Source of the DNA: Lachnospiraceae bacterium
GTDB taxonomy: Bacteria; Bacillota; Clostridia; Lachnospirales; Lachnospiraceae
Assembly (NCBI GenBank): GCA_017479285.1
Contig: JAFVCL010000095.1
Location: forward strand, 8,860 to 72,859
Direction: 5' to 3'
DNA: 64,000 bases
The position numbers and the translations under genes are program-made. Positions within the stretch are counted from its first letter, which is position 1; each line of letters begins with the position of its first letter. The notes beneath the pieces were generated by a model. It was given only the letters and a program-made list of their open reading frames with translations, ran no database searches and had not been told where the DNA came from. Positions 9,119 to 17,389 of the stretch are shown piece after piece.

Positions 9119-11530
9119 ATGGTTAAGATTGGAATGGTAATAAACGACAGATATGAGATCATCGAGAAGATAGGCACGGGCGGAATGTCCGATGTCTATA
9201 AGGCTCTCGATACAAAGCTCAACAGAAATGTTGCCATTAAGGTTTTGAAGGCTGAATTCGGCGAGAACGAGAACTTTGTTTCCAAATTCAGGGTTGAGGC
9301 ACAGGCGGCAGCAGGCCTTATGCACTCAAATATTGTTAATGTCTATGATGTAGGAGAGGAGAATGATATCCATTACATCGTAATGGAGCTCGTTGAGGGT
9401 ATAACTCTTAAAAAGTACATAGAAAAGAAGGCGAGACTTACCTACAAAGAGGCGGTAAGCATTGCGATACAGGTCAGTCTCGGAATTGAGTCCGCCCATG
9501 CGAATCATATAATTCACAGGGATATAAAGCCGCAGAATATTATTATTTCAAGGGATGGCAAGGTAAAGGTTACCGATTTCGGTATCGCAAAGGCGGCCAC
9601 CAGCAACACCATAACCTCAAATGTTATGGGGTCGGTTCATTATACATCTCCGGAGCAGGCAAGGGGCGGATATTCGGATGAAAAGAGCGATATTTATTCT
9701 CTCGGTATCTCAATGTTTGAGATGCTCACAGGCCGTGTTCCCTTTAACGGTGAGACGACCGTTGCCATTGCGATAAAGCATATTCAGGAACCCATGCCCT
9801 CCCCGAGGGAGTATGTTCCGGAGATACCGCAGTGTGTGGAGTCTATTATCTTTAAATGCTGCGAGAAGTCACCGGACAGAAGATACCAGAACATGGCGGA
9901 GCTTATCGCCGACTTAAAGCAGGCTCTTCTTACTCCGGATGTCGATTTCGTTGTAAGGGACGAGCACGATATTGCCGGCGGGACAAGGATCGTTTCCGAT
10001 GCGGAAGTGGCAAAGATAAAGAATTCATCAACCGGGCGGGTTTCGGTAACAGACGATAACCTTATGAAGCTGGCACCGGGTTTTACAAGCGATAACCGGG
10101 ATCCCGTGGATAGCCGGGAGGAGATGCCTGAAGACGGGAACGCTTCCTATGATCAGTATTACGGGGATAATTCCGGCAATTACAATGATGGTTACGAAGG
10201 CGGATACGAGGGGGGCTACGACGGAGAGTACGCAGACGGAAATTACGAACAGTCAGAGGGCAGTTATGATTCTTCGGAGGAGAATTATGACCCTGCCTAT
10301 GATGGCGGTAATTACGAAGAGAATTATGGCAGCGATAATTACGACAATTACAGTAATTATGACAGGGGCAGCGGTCTCGAGAATGAGGATGATTACAGTC
10401 CGAGGATGGAGCGGGTTACTACCATTATCGCGATCGTGGCAGGTGTGATAATAGTCGGAATAATAGCTGTGCTTGCGATAACGATCATTTCCAAGATGAA
10501 CTCCGCAAGTCCGATTCCAGGGACGGGGGAGGAGACTGAGAGCCATGTGGTCGTGGGGGACGGGGAGACGGAGCAGACGCCCCTTGTAACTGAGATAGTT
10601 TCTCTGCCTGCCATGGCGGGAGTTGATGTCGATACGGTTAAAAATGAGCTTTTTGCCCTGGGTGTAAGCGCGAATTTTGAGTATGAGGAGTCGGATTCTG
10701 TAGAGGCGGGAACAGTCATCTCCGCTACGGATGCTGGCGGAAAGGCTTTAAGCGAAGGTTCGGAAGTTCCAAAGGGCAGCAGTATCAATATAAAGGTAAG
10801 CTCGGGACTTGCGGGGATCGAGGTTCCCGCGGTAAAGAACTCCACCTACGAGTCGGCAGCAAACGCACTTACCAGGGAGGGCTTTAAAGTCTCCAAGGTT
10901 GAAGAGTACAGCGATGAGGTTGCGGAAGGCTTTGTTATAAGCGTCAATCCCGAGTCCGGGCAGGTCGTTCCAAAGGGCAGCAGTATCCAGATCATAGTAA
11001 GCAGGGGACCGGAGGATACAACGGTCAAAGTTCCGGATCTTATCGGTCTTACCACCGACGAAGCGCTTGCAAGAATTGTTGAGAACGGACTTGTGGTGGG
11101 AGAGACCACATCGGTTAACAGCGACAGTATAGAGAGCGGCAAGATCTGCCAGCAGAGTGTTGAAGCGGGAGATTATGTTGAGAAGGGGACTACTGTAAAC
11201 ATAGCCATAAGTCTCGGCGTAAGCGCGGTGTCATACCGTTTTGAGGCGTATATTTCCGCTCCTTCCGTAGAGGAGGCTCCGGATTATACAACAGGTATGG
11301 AGGTTACAATCGTACTCAAGGATGCCAACGGAAAGGTTATCATTGAGACAAAGGAAACAAATTTCCCCTATTCGGGAGGGACTTATTTCGGGCTTGCAAC
11401 ATCCACCGGAACAATTACGATGTCTTATACGGTCAATAAGGAGGCAGTCGTAGAAAACGGTGTGGAGGTCTCACCTGCCGGCAGTGAAGGAAAGAGCTTT
11501 ACAAGAAACGTGGAATTTATTCAAGAGTGA
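9119..11530 (+). CDS. pknB: PASTA-domain Ser/Thr protein kinase (PknB/PrkC/Stk1 type)
   Basis: GTGGMSDVY, VAIK, HRDIKPQN, DFGIA and SPEQ motifs; acidic Tyr-rich linker; one TM helix; about three PASTA repeats. Confidence 0.93.
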   Translation: MVKIGMVINDRYEIIEKIGTGGMSDVYKALDTKLNRNVAIKVLKAEFGENENFVSKFRVEAQAAAGLMHSNIVNVYDVGEENDIHYIVMELVEGITLKKYIEKKARLTYKEAVSIAIQVSLGIESAHANHIIHRDIKPQNIIISRDGKVKVTDFGIAKAATSNTITSNVMGSVHYTSPEQARGGYSDEKSDIYSLGISMFEMLTGRVPFNGETTVAIAIKHIQEPMPSPREYVPEIPQCVESIIFKCCEKSPDRRYQNMAELIADLKQALLTPDVDFVVRDEHDIAGGTRIVSDAEVAKIKNSSTGRVSVTDDNLMKLAPGFTSDNRDPVDSREEMPEDGNASYDQYYGDNSGNYNDGYEGGYEGGYDGEYADGNYEQSEGSYDSSEENYDPAYDGGNYEENYGSDNYDNYSNYDRGSGLENEDDYSPRMERVTTIIAIVAGVIIVGIIAVLAITIISKMNSASPIPGTGEETESHVVVGDGETEQTPLVTEIVSLPAMAGVDVDTVKNELFALGVSANFEYEESDSVEAGTVISATDAGGKALSEGSEVPKGSSINIKVSSGLAGIEVPAVKNSTYESAANALTREGFKVSKVEEYSDEVAEGFVISVNPESGQVVPKGSSIQIIVSRGPEDTTVKVPDLIGLTTDEALARIVENGLVVGETTSVNSDSIESGKICQQSVEAGDYVEKGTTVNIAISLGVSAVSYRFEAYISAPSVEEAPDYTTGMEVTIVLKDANGKVIIETKETNFPYSGGTYFGLATSTGTITMSYTVNKEAVVENGVEVSPAGSEGKSFTRNVEFIQE
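10147..10400 (+). repeat. Low-complexity Tyr/Gly/Asp/Glu repeat region in the kinase juxtamembrane linker
   Basis: Translates YDQYYGDNSGNYNDGYEGGYEGGYDGEYADGNYEQSEGSYDSSEENYDPAYDGGNYEENYGSDNYDNYSNYD. Degenerate 12-nt units at about 10186-10231. Confidence 0.8.
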
Positions 11531-11537
11531 TCTGTAT

Positions 11538-12428
11538 ATGACTGAGAAGGGAAAGATCATAAAAGGTATCGGCGGTTTTTACTATGTAAAGACCGCCGAG
11601 CGTGTATATGAATGTAAGGCGAGAGGTGTCTTCAGAAAGGACAATAAAAAGCCTCTTGTGGGTGACGACTGCGCCGTTGAGGTGATAGACGGGGAGAACT
11701 GCGCGGGAAATGTGGTGGAGCTCTTTGAGCGGAAGAGCGAGCTTATAAGACCCGCTGTCGCCAATGTGGATCAGGCGCTTGTGATATTTGCCGTGGCAAG
11801 TCCACAGCCCCCTTTAAATCTTGTGGACAGGATGCTTATAATCCTTGAACAGCAGGGGCTTCCCTGTGCTCTGTGCTTTAACAAGTCCGATCTTGATGAG
11901 AGCGGAGTGGGTGAAAATTTCAGACGCATTTATGAATCTGCGGGTTACCCTGTTTTTGTGGTCAGCACGAAGGAAAAGACCGGGCTCGGAGAGCTGAGGA
12001 GATTTTTAGAGGGAAAAACCACAACTGTAGCCGGCCCCTCCGGTGTGGGAAAGAGCTCCCTCATAAACCTTCTTGCGGGGAGCGAGGTCATGGCGACCGG
12101 AGAGATATCCGAAAAGATAGAAAGAGGGAAACATACCACAAGGCATTCGGAGCTTTTTTCCCTTTGGGACGATGAGACCTTTATATGTGACACCCCCGGG
12201 TTCTCAAGCCTTGAACTGTATATGTGCGGGGTTACCAAGGAGCTTCTATGGAAATGCTATCCGGAGTTTGTTCCGGAGGAGCCGCTCTGCCGCTTTGCAG
12301 GCTGCGCCCATATCTCGGAACCTGACTGCGGCGTAAAAAAAGCGGTATCCGAGGGCAGGATCGCAGCCGCGAGATACGAGAACTACAAGCTTTTATATGA
12401 GGGACTTAAGTCAAGGAAAAAATACTGA
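11538..12428 (+). CDS. rsgA: Ribosome small subunit-dependent GTPase A
   Basis: Circularly permuted GTPase: NKSD, GPSGVGKSSLIN, GKHTT, DTPG, then C-terminal CRFAGCAHISEPDC. Confidence 0.96.
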   Translation: MTEKGKIIKGIGGFYYVKTAERVYECKARGVFRKDNKKPLVGDDCAVEVIDGENCAGNVVELFERKSELIRPAVANVDQALVIFAVASPQPPLNLVDRMLIILEQQGLPCALCFNKSDLDESGVGENFRRIYESAGYPVFVVSTKEKTGLGELRRFLEGKTTTVAGPSGVGKSSLINLLAGSEVMATGEISEKIERGKHTTRHSELFSLWDDETFICDTPGFSSLELYMCGVTKELLWKCYPEFVPEEPLCRFAGCAHISEPDCGVKKAVSEGRIAAARYENYKLLYEGLKSRKKY

Positions 12429-12510
12429 ATTGATACCGATGGTGAAAATTTTGTAATATCCTATAATTATTTTACAATTTCCCGTGCAAAGATTTAGCAA
12501 ATTAAGATAA

Positions 12511-12539
12511 TTTACAATATGTAAGGGCTATGCTATCAT
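12511..12539 (+). promoter_or_regulatory. Sigma-A-type promoter for the permease-carB unit
   Basis: TTTACA (12511-16), 17 bp spacer, TATCAT (12534-39) with extended TG, in an AT-rich intergenic region. Confidence 0.6.
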
Positions 12540-12647
12540 TTATTTCGGTAAATAGTGGTCATAATCGGATTTATGTCAACTTTTGCACAACATCTTGTGT
12601 CTTGACCCTGTTTTTGGGGAGTTATTTTCGATTGAAGGAGAAAGCAA

Positions 12648-14024
12648 ATGAAACTAATTTATCAGGTGGATGACAAGGTAAAATTCGGCCCTCTTGTAGT
12701 GTTCGCGCTTCAGCAGCTTCTGGCTATCATGACCGCGACGCTCGTTGTTCCGATCATCATCGGAAATGATATGAGTCCTGCGGCAGCTCTTTTCGGAGCC
12801 GGCGTCGGAACCCTTATCTATGTTCTTTTTACAATGAGAAAGAGTCCGGTATTCTTAGGCTCTTCCTTCGCGTTTATCGGATCCATGACTGCAGCTTTTG
12901 CGGGCGGTGTATCCATGTCGCTGGGTTATCTTGGCCTTATACTCGGAGCTGTATTTGCAGGCCTTGTATATGTGGTTATCGCGCTGATCGTTAAGTTTGT
13001 CGGAGTTGACTGGATAAACAAGCTTATGCCTGCGGTCGTTATCGGACCTACCGTTGCGATCATCGGACTTTCCCTTGCGGGAAATGCGGTTGGAGACATC
13101 CTTACCGGCGGCGTTAAGGTTGCGGATGAAGCAGGAAATCTCACTCCCGTAGCCAGCCCCGTGGCTGCTCTCTGCGGCGGTCTTGTTACGCTTTTCGTTA
13201 CCATGCTCTGCTCAACCTACGGAAAGAAGACCGCGAAGCTTATTCCCTTCATCTTCGGTATCCTTGCCGGATATGCTTTCTGTCTCGTGCTTACTCTTAT
13301 CGGAAACGCAGCAGATATCGACGCGATAAAGCTCCTTTCCTTTGATTCTTTTAAGAATCTTGTTTCCGGCGGAGTGAGCGTTAAGACCTTTTTCGCGGTT
13401 CCGAGCTTCACATTCCTCACTGCGGCAGGCGGATTCAAGGAATTAAACGCTTCCTACATCGGAACCATAGCGGCAGCATATATCCCCGTGGCATTCGTTG
13501 TATTTGCGGAGCATATCGCCGACCATAAAAATATTTCATCAATAATCGAGAAGGATCTTTTAAAGGAACCCGGACTTCACAGAACTCTCCTCGGAGACGG
13601 TGTGGGTTCAATGGTGGGTGCGTTCTTCGGCGGATGCCCCAATACCACCTACGGTGAGTCCATCGGGTGTGTTGCCATTACCAAGAATGCATCCGTTTAT
13701 ACGATAATCACCGCAGCATGCGGAGCGATAATCATTTCCTTCATTTCACCCTTTATCGCATTCGTCAATTCAATCCCCAGCTGTGTAATGGGCGGCGTAT
13801 GTATGGCTCTTTACGGCTTTATAGCCGTAAGCGGTCTTAAGATGATCCAGAATGTGGACCTTAACAGGAATAAAAATCTCTTCGTTGTGTCTGTTATTCT
13901 TATTGCAGGTATCGGAGGACTTACACTTAACTTCGGTTCCGTAACCATTACCGAGGTTGCATGCGCTCTTATCCTCGGTATCATTACAAACCTGATCCTT
14001 AAGAAGGCTCCCGAAGAGGAATAA
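12648..14024 (+). CDS. Uracil/xanthine permease (NCS2 family, UraA/PyrP-like)
   Basis: PVFLGSSFAF, EHIADH, GDG and PNTTYGESIG signature; many TM helices; AAGGAG RBS. Confidence 0.9.
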   Translation: MKLIYQVDDKVKFGPLVVFALQQLLAIMTATLVVPIIIGNDMSPAAALFGAGVGTLIYVLFTMRKSPVFLGSSFAFIGSMTAAFAGGVSMSLGYLGLILGAVFAGLVYVVIALIVKFVGVDWINKLMPAVVIGPTVAIIGLSLAGNAVGDILTGGVKVADEAGNLTPVASPVAALCGGLVTLFVTMLCSTYGKKTAKLIPFIFGILAGYAFCLVLTLIGNAADIDAIKLLSFDSFKNLVSGGVSVKTFFAVPSFTFLTAAGGFKELNASYIGTIAAAYIPVAFVVFAEHIADHKNISSIIEKDLLKEPGLHRTLLGDGVGSMVGAFFGGCPNTTYGESIGCVAITKNASVYTIITAACGAIIISFISPFIAFVNSIPSCVMGGVCMALYGFIAVSGLKMIQNVDLNRNKNLFVVSVILIAGIGGLTLNFGSVTITEVACALILGIITNLILKKAPEEE

Positions 14025-14038
14025 TAAAGATTCTTTTT

Positions 14039-14071
14039 AATATCTCAGCTGCATGGCGCGGCTGAGATATT
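14039..14071. other. Strong intergenic stem-loop between permease and carB (weak terminator or mRNA stabiliser)
   Basis: AATATCTCAGCTGC-atggc-GCGGCTGAGATATT, a 14-bp stem with one G-U pair and only a weak U tail. Confidence 0.6.
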
Positions 14072-14129
14072 GTTATAGCTAAACAGGAAAGTTCTATGAA
14101 CTTTCACAGGAAAGAGAGGAACCAAAAAA

Positions 14130-17100
14130 ATGCCCAAGCGTGAAGACATCAAAAAAGTACTTATCATCGGATCCGGACCGATAATCATCGGTCAGGCCTG
14201 CGAGTTTGACTACTCGGGAACACAGGCCTGCAAAGCACTTAAAAAGCTCGGATATGAGATAGTACTTGTCAATTCAAATCCCGCGACTATCATGACCGAC
14301 CCGGAGACCGCGGATGTTACCTATATCGAGCCCCTCAATGTTAAGAGACTCGAGCAGATAATAGCCAAGGAGAGACCGGATGCGCTGCTCCCCAACCTCG
14401 GAGGACAGTCGGGACTTAATCTTTGCGCTGAGCTAAACAAGGCCGGCGTCCTTGACAAATACGGCGTCAAGGTCATCGGTGTACAGGTTGACGCAATCGA
14501 GCGCGGAGAGGACCGTATCGAATTTAAAAAGACCATGGATGAGCTCGGAATCGAGATGGCAAGATCCGAGGTTGCTTATTCCGTGGAGGAAGCGCTGGGT
14601 ATCGCCGAGAAGCTCGGCTACCCCGTTGTTCTCCGTCCCGCGTATACCATGGGCGGAGCCGGCGGCGGACTCGTATACAACCGGGAGGAGCTTAAGACTG
14701 TATGCGCAAGAGGATTGCAGGCTTCCCTCGTGGGACAGGTCCTTGTGGAGGAGTCAATACTCGGATGGGAGGAGCTGGAGCTGGAGGTTGTAAGAGACTC
14801 CGATGGAAATATGATCACGGTATGCTTTATCGAGAACATCGACCCTCTCGGAGTACACACCGGAGATTCCTTCTGTGCGGCTCCCATGCTTACTATCTCC
14901 CAGGAGTGCCAGGCAAAGCTCCAGGAGCAGGCATACAAGATAGTCGATAAGGTTCAGGTCATCGGCGGAACAAATGTGCAGTTCGCCCACGATCCCGTTA
15001 CGGACCGCATTATCGTTATTGAGATAAACCCCAGAACCTCACGCTCCTCGGCCCTTGCATCGAAAGCAACCGGCTTTCCCATCGCGCTTGTTTCCGCGAT
15101 GCTCGCCTGCGGACTTACCCTTAAGGATATCCCCTGCGGAAAGTATGGCACTCTCGATAAATATGTTCCCGACGGAGATTATGTGGTTATTAAATTCGCC
15201 CGCTGGGCATTTGAAAAATTCAAGGGCGTTGAGGACAAGCTTGGAACCCAGATGCGTGCGGTAGGCGAGGTAATGAGCATCGGAAAGAACTTCAAGGAGG
15301 CATTCCAGAAGGCAATCCGTTCACTCGAGACAGGCCGTTACGGACTGGGACATGTAAAGAATTTCGGAGAGCTTTCAAGGGAACAGCTCCTTACAAAGCT
15401 TGCGGTGCCTTCAAGCGAGAGATATTTCCTTATCTATGAAGCACTGAGAAAGGGAGCGACTCCCCAGGAGATCTTTGACATAACCAAGGTTAAGCATTAC
15501 TTCCTTGAGCAGATGAAGGAGCTTGTGGAGGAAGAGGAAAAGCTTATTTCAATGAAGGGAGCCATCCCTGCGGATGATGTCCTTACACAGGCGAAGAAGG
15601 ACGGATTTTCCGATAAGTATTTAAGCCAGCTCCTTGAGGTCAAGGAGGAGGATATAAGAAACCGCCGCAAGGAAATCGGCGTTGTGGAGAGCTGGGAGGG
15701 CGTTCATGTAAGCGGTACAAAGGACAGTGCCTACTATTACTCCACATATAATTCGTCTGACAAGGACCCTGTTTCCGATAACAGGAAGATAATGATACTC
15801 GGCGGAGGACCGAACCGTATCGGACAGGGTATCGAGTTTGACTATTGCTGTGTACATGCCGCAATGGCGCTTAAAAAGCTGGGCTTTGAGACTATTATTG
15901 TCAACTGTAACCCGGAGACCGTATCCACGGACTACGACACCTCCGACAAGCTCTATTTTGAGCCCCTTACCCTTGAGGATGTTTTAAGCATTTACGAGAA
16001 GGAGAAGCCTCTCGGGGTTATAGCCCAGTTCGGAGGACAGACTCCTTTAAATCTCGCCGCAGACCTTAAAAAGAACGGTGTAAGGATCCTTGGAACAAGC
16101 CCCGAGGTAATCGATCTTGCCGAGGACAGAGACCAGTTCCGCGCTGTTATGGACAAGCTGGGAATACCCATGCCCGAATCAGGAATGGCTACCACCGTCG
16201 ATGAGGCGATTTCCATTGCCGGTAAGATCGGATATCCAGTTATGGTACGCCCCTCCTATGTCCTCGGTGGAAGAGGAATGGAGGTCGTATATGATGACGA
16301 GTCCATGGCGGATTATATGAGAGCCGCTGTCGGAGTTACCCCCGACAGACCGATCCTTATAGACAGATTCCTCAACCATGCGTTAGAGTGTGAGTCTGAT
16401 GCGATCTGTGACGGTACCCACGCATTCGTACCCGCGGTAATGGAGCATATCGAGCTCGCGGGAGTTCACTCGGGAGACTCTGCCTGCATAATCCCGTCGG
16501 CACATATTCCCGAGGAGAATGTACGGACGATAAAAGAATATACAAGAAAGATCGCCGAGGAGATGCATGTCCAGGGTCTTATGAATATGCAGTACGCTAT
16601 CGAGAACGGAAAGGTATTTGTTCTCGAGGCGAATCCCAGAGCATCAAGGACCGTCCCTCTTGTGTCAAAGGTATGCAACATAAGGATGGTTCCTCTTGCC
16701 ACGGAGATAATAACCTCCGAGCTTACGGGCAGACCTTCACCGGTTCCCGCACTTAAGGAGCAGAATATCCCTTATTACGGAGTAAAAGAGGCTGCGTTCC
16801 CCTTCAATATGTTCCAGGAGGTAGACCCGATCCTCGGACCCGAGATGCGTTCAACAGGAGAGGTTCTCGGACTTTCACCCTCCTACGGGGAAGCCTTTGT
16901 CAAGGCACAGGAGGCTGTCCAGTCGCCTCTTCCGATGTCCGGAACCGTGCTTCTTTCGGTAAACCGCAAGGATAAGGCGGAGATCGTTGAGGTCGCAAAG
17001 AGCTTTGAGAAGGACGGATTTAAGATCCTTGCCACCGGCGGAACCTATGATCTTATCACAGAAGCCGGAGTCAAGGCTGAAAAGATAAAGAAGCTTTACG

Positions 17101-17351
17101 AGGGGCGTCCGAATGTGCTCGATGCCATCGAGAACAAGGAGATTGACCTTATCATCAACTCACCTGTCGGCAAGGACAGCGTCAACGATGACAGCTACTT
17201 AAGAAAGGCGGCCGTAAGAAAGAAGATACCCTATATCACCACCATCGCAGCCGCAAAAGCAGCAGCGGACGGAATCGGATATATGGAATCCGGAAAGAAG
17301 AATGAGATCAAATCACTTCAGGCACTTCACTCAGAGATAAAAGATCTTTGA
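14130..17351 (+). CDS. carB: Carbamoyl-phosphate synthase large subunit
   Basis: GSGPIIIGQACEFDYSG, duplicated ATP-grasp halves (GGGPNRIGQGIEFDYC) and a C-terminal MGS domain. Confidence 0.97.
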   Translation: MPKREDIKKVLIIGSGPIIIGQACEFDYSGTQACKALKKLGYEIVLVNSNPATIMTDPETADVTYIEPLNVKRLEQIIAKERPDALLPNLGGQSGLNLCAELNKAGVLDKYGVKVIGVQVDAIERGEDRIEFKKTMDELGIEMARSEVAYSVEEALGIAEKLGYPVVLRPAYTMGGAGGGLVYNREELKTVCARGLQASLVGQVLVEESILGWEELELEVVRDSDGNMITVCFIENIDPLGVHTGDSFCAAPMLTISQECQAKLQEQAYKIVDKVQVIGGTNVQFAHDPVTDRIIVIEINPRTSRSSALASKATGFPIALVSAMLACGLTLKDIPCGKYGTLDKYVPDGDYVVIKFARWAFEKFKGVEDKLGTQMRAVGEVMSIGKNFKEAFQKAIRSLETGRYGLGHVKNFGELSREQLLTKLAVPSSERYFLIYEALRKGATPQEIFDITKVKHYFLEQMKELVEEEEKLISMKGAIPADDVLTQAKKDGFSDKYLSQLLEVKEEDIRNRRKEIGVVESWEGVHVSGTKDSAYYYSTYNSSDKDPVSDNRKIMILGGGPNRIGQGIEFDYCCVHAAMALKKLGFETIIVNCNPETVSTDYDTSDKLYFEPLTLEDVLSIYEKEKPLGVIAQFGGQTPLNLAADLKKNGVRILGTSPEVIDLAEDRDQFRAVMDKLGIPMPESGMATTVDEAISIAGKIGYPVMVRPSYVLGGRGMEVVYDDESMADYMRAAVGVTPDRPILIDRFLNHALECESDAICDGTHAFVPAVMEHIELAGVHSGDSACIIPSAHIPEENVRTIKEYTRKIAEEMHVQGLMNMQYAIENGKVFVLEANPRASRTVPLVSKVCNIRMVPLATEIITSELTGRPSPVPALKEQNIPYYGVKEAAFPFNMFQEVDPILGPEMRSTGEVLGLSPSYGEAFVKAQEAVQSPLPMSGTVLLSVNRKDKAEIVEVAKSFEKDGFKILATGGTYDLITEAGVKAEKIKKLYEGRPNVLDAIENKEIDLIINSPVGKDSVNDDSYLRKAAVRKKIPYITTIAAAKAAADGIGYMESGKKNEIKSLQALHSEIKDL

Positions 17352-17389
17352 ATTGAATAATGTATCGTTTATATGCAGGGAGGAATTAT

